A stretch of 64,000 bases of DNA, filler included, from Reclinomonas americana ATCC 50394 (lineage: Eukaryota), in NCBI GenBank assembly GCA_048213135.1. It is 18 parts of 18 records of this genome, joined end to end, with 100 filler letters (N's around TTAATTAATTAA, not from the genome) between each part and the next. Parts side by side here need not be neighbours in the genome. Positions count along the whole stretch, not along the records: positions 9,166 to 14,370 come from AFZH01020466.1; positions 14,471 to 19,218 come from AFZH01020467.1; positions 19,319 to 20,855 come from AFZH01020468.1; positions 20,956 to 22,887 come from AFZH01020469.1; positions 22,988 to 32,114 come from AFZH01020470.1; 13 more parts are not named here. One strand, written 5' to 3'. The notes under the pieces were generated by a model, which was given only the letters and a program-made list of their open reading frames with translations, was not told the origin of the DNA and searched no databases. Shown here in pieces: positions 12,501 through 23,949 of this stretch (positions are counted from its first letter, which is position 1; each line of letters opens with the position of its first letter). A program made the position numbers and the translations under genes.

Positions 12501-14999
12501 ACAAGCAGAAGGAACGCAGTGACGTGCGACAAGCAGAAGGAAACGCACTGACGTCCGGCAAGTAGAAGGTACGTAACGACGTGCGGGGAGCACAAGGAAC
12601 GCAGTGACGTGTGGGGAGCACAAGGAAACTCACTTCCCCTCCACTCCTCCTTCCGATCCTTCCTCTCCACTCTTTCTCTTCTTGACTTCTCCCCGCTTCG
12701 CCTTCCCTGTCCTCTCCTTCCCCAATTCTCCCTTTCCCCACTTACATCCACATGGTACAACACCCCCGGCGTGAGATCCTCGATGGTCGCCGACAACGTA
12801 GACACCCGAGTCGACACAATGTGCGTCGGCCGCGGATCCTCCGACGCCAGCCACCAGCGCACTTCGTACGAAGTTGGCAAGCCAAAGCCGCCCGTCTCTT
12901 GCGGAGGTTTCCATCTGACGCCACTCATTCTGTCAGCACAACGGCAAGCAACTGGAGAATAAAGGAAGTGCGCACCGCAGTGTGATGGACGTCGGCGTCT
13001 TGGCAAACTCGTCCGACACGAGCCAGTCGATGAAACCGGGAACTATGAAGGAGAACACGTCGATGAGCATCAAAACTGATTCTGCTCCCGCAGTACATGC
13101 ATCTCCATTTACAATTGGCGTCCAAGCTCATTCTCTCACTGATCCTTTCTTGCGAAGCACATCAACACGCTCAACCCCCCTCAGGTAGTTCTCTGACTGA
13201 TTCTTCTTGCAACCCACATACACACGCACAAACTCTCTGCGATAGCTCTCTCAGAGATACTCTCTTGCGAAACATATACACACACACGAACCCCAAGACG
13301 GCGGCCAAGCTCACTCCCTCCCTTGCAACCCACATATACACGGAGAATCAACTTCGCCAAAATAGATCATCTTTCCCCATCTCTCGTACTCTTTCCCAGC
13401 GACGCAGGCTGACATCCATGCAAACAAAATTCCCTTTCTCTTTCTCTTTCTTGATGTCCATCGTATCCCCCTTTGCCTCGCCCTCCCACATATCGAAATC
13501 GTCGTCTTTCGCCTTTCTCCAACTCGATTCTCACCCAGAATGTCTGCCTTTCCTTTCTCCCTTTCTCTCTCTTTCTCTCTTCCTCTCTCTCTCTTCGTGT
13601 GTGTGGGTGCCTTTCAGCTTCTCTGTAGCCACAATTAGACAGGAGTCGAGCTTCTAAATTCTCCCCTCTACCGCTTCTATTGATTTAACTCTCTCATTCT
13701 ATTTCTCTCAAGCTGTGCCCCATACAAACTTACAGTGATAACACTCCACCTCGTTCCACACCGTCTAAGTTGCTCTCCCCTTTCTTCCTGTCCCTTATTC
13801 TCCTCGAACACCGCCCTTCCCCCTTCTCACTTTCCTTTTCCTACCAGCAGCTCCTTCTCTCTCCCGTCCTTGTCCTCCATCCTCTCCCCCGGTGCCCCCT
13901 CCCTCATCTGCCCTTTTCACCTCTCCCTCTCCCACTGGGCTCCTTCAACCATCAATCTCTTCCCTACCACCCTTTCCCTTCCCCTTTCCCTTCCCCCTTC
14001 CCCCTTTCCCTTCTCATCCCTTTCCCTTCTCATCCCTTTCCCTTCTTATCCCTTCCCCTTTACCCCCTTCCCCTTTTACCCCTTCCCCTTCACCCCCTTT
14101 CCCTTCCCCCCCCCTTTCCCTTCTCCCCCCTTTTGCTCACCTGTTGGGGTGGATGCCGTGTGGGTCAAAATCAACGCACTGGCCGCCGTCCGCCCATACC
14201 CATTGGAGAACTCCAACAGAAAGCTGTACTCGGTGTCCGCCTGCAACCCGTTCACATTGATGGCGGAGGCGTAGGGCACCTGCGACCCGCGAATCTCCGC
14301 CAGCGGCACCGTCGACAGCGGCACAATGGTCGGCGGCGTGGTGGTGCGATCCAGCACGCCGTGACTCACCNNNNNNNNNNNNNNNNNNNNNNNNNNNNNN
14401 NNNNNNNNNNNNNNTTAATTAATTAANNNNNNNNNNNNNNNNNNNNNNNNNNNNNNNNNNNNNNNNNNNNTCTCTCTCTCCCCCTCTCTCTCTCTCTCAT
14501 ACACACACACACACACTCTCTCTCTCTCTCTCTCTCCCTCTGCCTCTTCTCCTTCTCTCCCTCGCATTCTCTTTCTCTCTCTTCCTCCCTCCCTCAACTC
14601 TCTCAAATCTCTCTCTTCCTTCCTCCCTTCCCCTTCTATCCCTAGACTCACCTCCTCCACCACACCATCCCTCACCGGCCAGCTCAACTGCGCCACCTCC
14701 GTGCCCACCGAAAACCTCACCTCCACCCTCACACCCCCATCACCGTCACCACACCATCCCGCGCGCACCACATACACCAACGCATCCGCCCTCCGATGCT
14801 CCACATTCCCACGAAACACCGGCAACGCCGCCTCCCACGCAACCTGCGCATGCACAGAGCCGCGCGACTGCCACACATTGCGCAGACGCACTCGCGGAGG
14901 CGCAGACGGAGTCCCATTCACCGTCGACTCCAGAAGCACACAAGACGCGCATAATGATAATGATAACAAGAGGATGAGGAGCAGCACACAATGCCGCAT
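9565..14999 (-). CDS. Type I membrane protein with several fibronectin type III domains (receptor or adhesion-like)
   Basis: Signal peptide MRHCVLLLILLLSLSLCASC. FN3 motifs include VSWAPP..ITAYWVTY..GLKPGTSYIVNVRAENGFGIG, DLTPGVLYHV.VRAINTVG and GLQADTEYSF. TM exon MILVIGTGLAAALFVIVAVVVVLRR at about 10640-10725; last exon 9565-9705 ends VSYTVMIDEE*. Spans a gap. Confidence 0.8.
12110..12627. repeat. Intronic minisatellite, unit of about 28-30 bp (GACGTGCGACAAGCAGAAGGAACGCAGT)
   Basis: About 17 directly abutting copies with no unique spacers, inside an intron of the FN3 gene. Confidence 0.9.
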
Positions 15000-15250
15000 T
15001 TTGTGATGAGTTTAGGCGTCGACTAAGTCGCGGTTTAGGCGACGACTAAGGCGCAGGAAAGTGAATGTGAGAGTGTGAATCAAAGTGTGTGAAAGTGTGA
15101 GCAAGTGTGTGAAAGTGTGTGTGTTTGTGTGAGAGAGTGTGTGCGTTGTGTGTTTAGAGTGACTTTGATCAATGTGATTGTGAAATTTCATTTGTGTTTG
15201 TGTTTTTGTGTGTTTGTTTGTTTGTGTTTGGCTGAGTGAGCGCGGGCGAG

Positions 15251-18088
15251 ATGAAGAAGAAGGTTTGTTTGTTGTGGAGGTTGTTTGTGTGTGTGCGTTT
15301 TGTTTGTGTGTGCGTGAGATGGCATGTCTGTGTGCGCTTTGTCGGAGCATTTGTGTTTGTGTGTTCTTGTGTGCGTTGTGTGTGTGCGTCTCTCTCGCTC
15401 TCTCGCTCTCTCTCCGCGTGCGAGTGTGTGTTTCCTCCTCGTGTTTGTGTGCGTGTTTTTGTGTGGCAATGTCGGTGACATGTTTTTCTCTTTGTGTTTT
15501 TAGGTTTTGTTGATGGGGCGGTCTGGGTCGGGCAAGACGTCGATGCGGTCGATTGTGTTTGCGAACTATGTGGGTGAGTGGGCGGAGAGAGACAGTGTGT
15601 GTGTGTGTGTGTGTGTGCCGTGATTGATTGATTTTTTTGTGATTCGGGCAGCGCGTGACACGATGCGTCTGGGAGCTACCAGTTGCGTATATTTCGTGGA
15701 TGACAGGGAAAGGGAGAATGAGAGGAGAGGGAGAGGGAGGGAGTGGTTGTTGAGTTGAGGGAATGAGTTCCGATGCTCCGAGCGTGAGCGGAATCAGCAG
15801 GCGGAACGAGAGCACAGTGCGTGGAGCAGAGCGAGGAGCGCAGCGAGTGGAGCAGAGCGAGGAGCGCAGCGAGTGGAGCAGAGCGAGGAGCGCAGCGAGT
15901 GGAGCAGAGCGAGGAGCGCAGCGAGTGGAGCAGAGCGAGGAGCGCAGCGAGTGGAGCAGAGCGAGGAGCGCAGCGAGTGGAGCAGTGACGAGCGAGCGAC
16001 ACTGCAAGTGGAGCAAGCGAGATCACAGCGAGTCGAGCAGAGCAGAGCGAGAGCAGTGAGGGGGGCTGTCAATCAATGCCATGTTGCACTCTCCTCTCTC
16101 TTTTCTCACCTTTCCTCGCGTGCAGTCGACGTGGAGCACTCCAGCGTGCGCTTCCTCGGCAACCTCGTGTTGAATCTGTGGGATTGCGGCGGGTGCGTTA
16201 AAACGTCCTCTTCAATTTCTCCGTCGTCGCCTCACGCTGCGACGACGCCACAGCCAGGACGCCTTCATGGAGAATTACCTGGAGAGCCAGCGCGACCACA
16301 TCTTCAAGAACGTGGAGGTGCTGATCTACGTCTTTGACGTGGACACGAAGGAGGCCGCGGTGTGTTTGATGGCGAGGACAGTGGAATGGACGTTTCACGT
16401 GTGTTCATTCTCTTTTTCTCTTCGTAGAGCGACATCCACTACTACCAGTCGTGCCTGGCCGCCATCATGCAGTACTCGCGCAACGCGCACGTCTTCTGCC
16501 TCATCCACAAGATGGATCTGGTGCCGGAGGATCGCCGTGATATCGTTGCGTGATAAGGGGCAAGAATATGCTTTCTTTCCGCGTCTATGTAGGGCCGAAT
16601 CGTATTGACAGCACGTTTACAACATGCCACTGTCTCTTGTGGTGTTATGCTTGACAGCGTATCCTTTCCTTCCCTCGTCTGTGTTGGGCCGAATCGTCTC
16701 TGTTTCTCTTTTGGTATGCGTTGTGGCGAGCCCTGTTGGCAGCACGATTGCCCACTGTCTCTCCGCGATTTCATCGTTGACAGCGCTTTCTGCCTGCAAC
16801 TTCAATATCTCCCTTTCCATGCTGGCCGCTGTTGTATTGTCTTCGTCCCGTGCCTATTTCACTCTCGCTCTTTGCCTTATGCTCTCTCCCTCTCTTCTTT
16901 CCCCCTCTCTCCCTTGCCTGTCCTCTCGTCCCTTGCTCTCCCTCTCCGCTTGTCAGTCTTCTCGTCCCTTGCCTCTTGCACTCTCTCCTTGCCTATCTTC
17001 TCGTCCCTTGCCTATCTTCTCTCTCTCTCCCTCGCTTTCTCTCTTTCTCTCCCTTCCCATGCTCCCATGCTCCCATTGGTCGCTTCCCTTTCCTCCCCTT
17101 TCTCCCCTCTCTCTCTCTTTCTCTATTTCTCTCCTCCCTCTCTCTTTCTCTCCCCCTTGCTTCCGATTGCTCGCTTCCCTCTCCCCCTTTCTCCCTTTTC
17201 TCGCCTCTTCCCTCAATATCTCTCTCGTCCCTCTCTCTCCCTCTCTCTCTCTTTCCCTTGCCTTCCCCCCTTCCCCCCTTTCTCCCTTTCTTCGCCTCTT
17301 CCCTCACCACTTCTCTTGTTATCCAACAGACCTTTGCGGAGAAGGAGGCCGAGCTCAAGAAGATGTCGTACCCGCTCAACATCAAGTGCTTCTCGACCAG
17401 CATTTGGGACGAGACGCTGTACAAGGCATGTTTCCCTGCTCCTTTCCACTGAGCCTCCCTTCCCCTCCTGCGTGCTGACTCCTTTCCGATTGCAGGCGTG
17501 GAGCTCGATTGTGTACTCGCTCATCCCCAATGTCGACATGCTGCAGCAGCACTTGGAGCGCTTTGCGGAGGTGTGCGAGGCCGACGAGGTGGTTTTGTTT
17601 GAGAAGGCGACGTTTTTGGAGATTTCGCAGTCGGTGCGGAAACCGCACACGGATGTGCACCGATTTGAGAAGATCTCCAACATTGTCAAGCAGTTCAAGC
17701 TGAGCTGCAGGTATGCTTGTTGCGGAAGAAGGAGGAGAAGGAGGATTGAGTGCATGTGCTGATTCTATTGGTGGGCGACAGCAAACTGCAAGGACAGTTC
17801 CAGTCGATCGAGGTGCGCAACTCGAGGTTTGCGGCCTATATTGAGCTGTTCACGAGCAACACGTACATCATGGTCATCATGTCGGATCCCACCATTCGTT
17901 GCGTGGACTTGTTGATGGCGACTGTGTGGAGATGATGGCTGACGTTCCTCACTCTCTTCCCCCTTTCCTTGCCCTCTCCCTTTCCCTCCGCAGAATCGGC
18001 CACCACGCACCTCAACATCCAACTGGCGCGCGTGCACTTTGAGCGCTTCATCTCAAGTACGGAGGGCCTCGGCACCGTACTCAAATAA
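15251..18088 (+). CDS. RRAGA: Ras-related GTP-binding protein A (RagA/Gtr1), TORC1 pathway
   Basis: Spliced product [134 protein letters not shown] is diagnostic of RagA/Gtr1. Confidence 0.96.
15820..16055. repeat. Intronic minisatellite, 26-bp unit GAGCAGAGCGAGGAGCGCAGCGAGTG
   Basis: About 6 perfect copies plus degenerate ones, within a RagA intron. Confidence 0.9.
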
Positions 18089-18269
18089 GCGTCTCTGTTG
18101 TGCGCGTGACCTGCGCTGGCATCTCTCTCACACTGCTGTCGCCGCTGGTCTCTCTATTCCATTGATCTGTCTATCGAGTTTGTTGTTACGTTTGTTGAGT
18201 GAAAAGAATGAGATTTTTAAAGCCAACAAGAACAACAAGGACAGAGGTGGTGGTGGTGGTACAGCGGTT

Positions 18270-20149
18270 CTAAAGAACCGAGCAGCCGCTTCGCAGCGCA
18301 GCAGCATATGGACCCTGCTCTGGCCTTGTGGAGAGCGAAGGGGGTGAGGAGGCGGAAGCTGAAGAGGATGACTTGGTGGCGACGGAAGTGGGGTCGAACT
18401 TCTCGCCCGGGTGGTAGAGCCAGTGCAGGAAAGCCTGCGGAGAGGGTACATGAGCAATCAACATTCGCGAGGGATAAGAAAGGCAGACGTGCCTGCACGT
18501 GGAGCTCGGTCGGCTGCTTGTCCACCGATATTACGAGACTCTGACGGCCGTCAATCTGCTCGGGTGTGAGACTGCCGGCGAGCTTGTCTCGTGTCTCCTG
18601 TGAGAGCACGGAGTCTTTCGGTAACCGCTTGGATGCCACGTCGTCGGTCACGAAGAAGAGCAAGGGTTCTTTGAAGGAGAAGTGAGGGAGATGAGGAGAA
18701 GGAGAACGTGGAGTGAGAAGGGCGCACCGGTGGTTGAAGAGGTGAGGTGCTCCAGCAGGCCGCGGAGACCGAGCACGTCGCGAATCAACCAGCGGGCCAC
18801 GCATCCGTTCAGCAGCATGACTGTGATGCGAGGTTGTGAGAGGAGGGCACAAACATGAAAGGAGACTGCGTGAACGGAAGAACAGAGCGAAGGCTGGTAA
18901 GAGTCGTGATTTGAGACCAAGGAGAGGAAGAGTGGCTGCGGGATGGAGGTGGACAGTACGAGCGCGTCCAAGAGACAGTGGAGAGCATGCTTCAGACCGA
19001 GGAACACAGGAAGTTAGGAATGCTGATGCACCGATACGATACAGAGAGAGAGAGAGAGAGAGAAGAAGAAGACAGACAAGACAGACAGACTGAGAGACAG
19101 GGAGACAGCGATAATGGAGGAGAGCTGGAGTAAACGACGGGACACGGAAATGTATATCCAGAAATGATGCACAAAGGGTGCAACATGGAAGGAGACGCGG
19201 AGAGAGGCAGAAAACAGANNNNNNNNNNNNNNNNNNNNNNNNNNNNNNNNNNNNNNNNNNNNTTAATTAATTAANNNNNNNNNNNNNNNNNNNNNNNNNN
19301 NNNNNNNNNNNNNNNNNNAGAGAGAGAGAGAGACTGAGATCACGATGGAGGAGAACTGGAGTAAACAATGCAACACGGAAAAGAACACACAGAAAAGACG
19401 CAAAAGGGTGAAAATGAGATATAGAGAGACACGCACACACAAAGAGAGAGAGAGTGACAGGAAGAAAAAGAGAGAGAGAGAGAGAGAGAGTGACAGGAAG
19501 AAAAGAGAGACAGAAAGAGAGAGTGAGACAGAAGCGAGAATGAGACAGAAAGAGACTGAGAAAGATGGAGAGCTGGAGGAACGAAGATACGGGAAAATAC
19601 ACAATGGGTTAAGAGAAAGAGAGAAGAGAGAGAGAGAGAGAGAGGGAGAGAGACAGAGAGACAGAGAGAGAGACAGAGACAGAGATAGAGAAAAGATGGA
19701 GAGCTGGAGGAACGAAGATACAGAAAAGGGTTAAAAGAGAAAAAGAGAGGGAGAGCAGGCGAGGAGAACAAATTAAAAGTTGCAACAGGGGCAGAAATAG
19801 AGATACAACAAGGCGCACAAAGGGTGTAAGAAGGAAGGAAAACCGGAGAGAGGGGCAGAGAAACACAGACAGAGGTGCCCAGAAATCCGTAAATGTCATA
19901 CGCAACCAGTTTAAGTTCTGCAACTCTTCTCATGTGTTCTCTCAAGTGTTCCAAGATGTTGCTCTTCACTCCACCCTCTCACCTTCTCGCCCTCTTGCCC
20001 TCTCACCTTCTCGCCCTCCCACCCTCAACCCTCAACCCTCAACCCTTCACCCTCCACCCTCTTCCCTCAATCCTCCACCCTCAACCCTCAACCCTCAACC
20101 CTCCACCCTCCACCCTCCACCCTCCACCCTCCACCCTCCACCCTCCACC

Positions 20150-20180
<31 letters not shown>

Positions 20181-22816
20181 CACCCTCTCGGCCTTCACCC
20201 TCAACCCTCAGTCCTTCTCCTCTCCCGTCCACTCACCAACTCGCTGATGATCGATAACGGGAAATGTGCTGGGATCCTGCGAGCGTACCAAATGAAACTG
20301 CGGATACACCGTGGCGCGCCCGTTCAGGTGCACTTGCAGGGCCTCCACCATGGCCGCAGGCGCTGCCGACGTGCGCGAATCGATCGAGTTGTCGTGAACG
20401 AAGAGGATTGAAAACTGGCGACTGACGAGTGAGTGGCAAGAGGACGATTCGTCTCTTCCTTCGAAACGCACCCTCTGTTGCACGGGAAGTGGCATGAATT
20501 CCCTGCTGCTGCGCATGGTGCGCGGTGACACGGGTGGTGATCCGCGGGGAGTGGTGAGAGATTCAGTTCGTCGGCGGGTCGCAGCAGTGAAACTGAATAC
20601 AGCTACAGAGAGGAGAAAAGGTGAGAGACTGGAAACAATGGGTTCGCTGGAGTGCTGCCGCACCTTCCTCCAAGAACTTGCACAGACGAGTGCGATGCTC
20701 GTCGAGATCGCTGGCGTGCTTTGACGACAATCTCAGCGGGAAAGACAGCAGCAGACCACGTTGGCCATTCATATCGGCATGCCGCAAGCCTGTCAATGCG
20801 TGACGTGAGCAAGGGGGGACAAAAGGGCAGAGAAGCGAGAGAGAGAGAGAGAGAGNNNNNNNNNNNNNNNNNNNNNNNNNNNNNNNNNNNNNNNNNNNNT
20901 TAATTAATTAANNNNNNNNNNNNNNNNNNNNNNNNNNNNNNNNNNNNNNNNNNNNGAGAGAGAGAGAGAGCGATAAAGAGCGAGTCCTCCTTTCACACAA
21001 TCACCTTGCTGCTCCAACACAGTCACCAACTCGGTCGGAGCGCATCGCGTGGGGTGCGGAATCGGCAACTGTGGCGACGGCTCCTTGCCGCGTCGCTTCT
21101 TCAACACCGGCTTCATGCACGGATCGTTGGTGACCGCGTAGACCACCCGGCCGGCGCCTACCACATCCGTGAGAAAGCAATCAACTTTTCCCTTGCAATC
21201 CGTCCACTCACCGAGACATCTGTCGAGAAACTGCGCCATGCGCCCGAATCCGTGCGTCAAGTCGAGCATGTGATCGCGGGCGTCCATGATCATCATCACC
21301 ACGGTGGGTTTGTGCAGGCGCTTGCGCTCGTCCTCGCACTCGGCGTCCACCTCGCCGTACACGCCGTCGCTGTCGACCGCCTCTTGTGCTTTGCTCAACT
21401 CGGCGAGCTATGGGGAGGGGGAAAGGAAAGGGGAAAGGGGGAAAGGGGGAGTGAGGGAATGAGGGAATGAGGGAAGGGAAGGACGGGTAGGGGAAAGAGG
21501 GCGAGGGGATGCGGACAGGGCGAGAGACAGCGAGTGGGCGAGAGACAGCGAGTGGGCGAGAGACAGCGAGTGGGCGAGAGACAGCGAGTGGGCGAGAGAC
21601 AGCGAGAGGCGAGAGACGGCGAGAGGCGAGAGACGGCGAGAGGCGAGAGACGGCGAGAGGCGAGAGACGGCGAGAGGCGAGAGACAGCGAGAGGCGAGAG
21701 ACAGCGAGAGACAGCGAGAGACAGCGAGAGACAGCGAGAGACAGCGAGAGACAGCGAGAGACAGCGAGAGACAGCGAGAGACTGCGAGTGGACGAGAGAT
21801 AGCGAGTGGGCGAGAGACAATGAGAGGGCGGGAGACAGCGAGAGAAGTCAAAATCTCGCTGCCCTTTGCCTGCCAAACGCACCCTTCTCGCCGCCCGCCC
21901 ATCGGCCTTGAGCAACGGCATCTCCACGACGACCTTCTCCACCTGCACATGCACGCCCTTGCGCAGCATGGCCGATCGCACCGTGCCGAGAAACTCTTCC
22001 ACCAGCAGCGGAAACGGGTTCCGTTTCGACGATGATGAGGAGGAGGAAGACTCACCAGCGGCTGCTGTTGATGAGGAAGAAGAAGAGGGAGAGGAGGGAG
22101 AGGCGCCTGCTGCTGCGGACCGGGGGGAGGAGGAGGCAAAGGCGGCGGCGGAGAGCGAGGTCGGTGGCGGGGAAAGGCGGCCTGAGACGGGGCCGCGTGG
22201 GGAGGAGGGCGAGGAGAAGACTTGGGAGGCGGGTGGGGAGGATGGGGTAGTGGTAGTGGTGGTGGAGGTGGAGGATGAGCGGGAGAGCTTGATCATTTCT
22301 TGAGGGACGAGGATGATGAGGGAGACGGTGGGGGTGGAGGACGGGGAGGAGGCGGAGTTGAGGGAGGTGGCGCGGCGGGGGGGACTGTGAGGGAGGGGGA
22401 GGAGGGAAGTGAGGGACAGTGAGTGAGGGAGGGAGGGGGGAGGGAGAGAGAGAGAGAGGTGCGAGTGCGCGGGATCAAAACTCACAATCTCTGTTCTCTC
22501 TCTCTGTTCTCTCTCTCTCTTCACTCTGTCTCGCACATGCAGGCACGCATAGACAGGGAACAAAGGCGACAGGTGATGTGTGTGCGAGAGAGAGAGAGGG
22601 TGAGCGAGAGTGTGGGAGAGATCGGAACTGCAAACAATCGTGAGCGCGCGCATTCTCACTCTCAGTGCTCTCTCTCTCTCGCTCACACACACACATTCTC
22701 ATTCTCACACTCACACACACAGAGAGACAAAGAATGCATCTTGCTGAGCGCTGTGTGTGTGTGAGTGAGTGAGTGAGTGAGCGTGTGTGTGTGTGAGAGA
22801 GAGAGAGAGAGAAAGT

Positions 22817-22887
<71 letters not shown>

Positions 22888-22987
22888 NNNNNNNNNNNNN
22901 NNNNNNNNNNNNNNNNNNNNNNNNNNNNNNNTTAATTAATTAANNNNNNNNNNNNNNNNNNNNNNNNNNNNNNNNNNNNNNNNNNNN

Positions 22988-23019
<32 letters not shown>

Positions 23020-23215
23020 GAGTGTGCGCAACAGAGAGCATGGAGGACGCTGTGCGTGGTGAGCTGAGCAACACCGAGGGCACGGCGGGCGGGAGAGAGG
23101 ATAATGATTGAGGTGGAGGTGGTTGTTGGTGGTGGTGGTGTGCGGCGGCGGCATGTGTGGAGGAGAGTGAGGAGAGAAGGCTGGAGGAGGAGGAGGAGGC
23201 GCCGTGCATCGCCAT
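18270..23215 (-). CDS. Multi-exon protein with Ser/Pro-rich N-terminus, two similar alpha/beta domains and a C-terminal CaaX (CSVL)
   Basis: First exon MAMHGASSSS.. (ATG 23215). Further exons near 21860-22290, 21210-21410, 21080-21160, 20235-20790, 19875-19970, 18730-18990, 18493-18670 and 18270-18434, ending RSGCSVL*. Crosses three gaps, so the linkage is inferred. Confidence 0.55.
20020..20210. repeat. Heptamer array (CCCTCAA/CCCTCCA)n in an intron
   Basis: About 25 copies seen directly. Confidence 0.85.
21518..21845. repeat. Intronic satellite built on GCGAGAGACA (10, 16 and 18-bp variants)
   Basis: Direct inspection. Confidence 0.85.
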
Positions 23216-23949
23216 GTTTTCCGGCGCGCGAGAGAGGGCGAGTTATCTGTGAATACGGATATCGATGCAATTCTCCCACGTAAAGCCTTGATGGAAGAGG
23301 CAAATGTAAATGCTTGCGCTTTCAACCTCCAGTGGCAGTTGGATAAAGCTGATCTGCACCTTGTCCTACAATGGGTAAGGGTCAAGGGTCAAGGGTCGAG
23401 GAACAGCGATTTCACGAACGCGGATGACGGGACTATAGGGTTGAGAAAACACGCGTACGATGCGGGCAGACTACGCGATGTTCGCTTTCCGCTGTGCTGG
23501 TGGAAATTAGGCTCAACACCAGAACCAAGCAAACAATCTCCCACCCGCAGCAGCTGCGCCGCAGCCTCAGGGCAACTAGAACCATCGCGCCGCTACTGCA
23601 GCACCCAGCTTCTACGAGTTCAGCGTCTACGAAGGCCGCTGACACTATTTGCGCCGCGAAATCCTCTCGAGACCATCACGCGTTTGACTTACTTTGCCTC
23701 CTGAAAGGGAAGATGACTGTTGGAGAAGTAATTATGCGCTTTATATATTGTTAATGTAGTGATAGTTGATGTTAGACATACTGGGGTTTCTGAAGTAGAA
23801 CGATCAGGAGCCGATGCCTCAGGTCGTTTGATTGTAACCAAAGCAAGTGAAAAGCCCCGTTTGTTGGTGACTGACCGTCACGGAAGAAACCAAGGCCATT
23901 GTCGGCAAGGGATTTGTCGATGGTAAACGGAATGTTCTTTTCGCCAACG

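Noticed and set aside
12110..12627. CRISPR-like array of ~29-bp repeats
   Set aside because: The repeats abut with no unique spacers, there are no cas genes, and it lies in a eukaryotic intron. It is a minisatellite.
16605..17330. Long Ser/Leu/Pro-rich or Arg/Glu-rich ORFs here and throughout the window
   Set aside because: They are translations of (CT)n/(GA)n intronic microsatellites that lack stops by composition.
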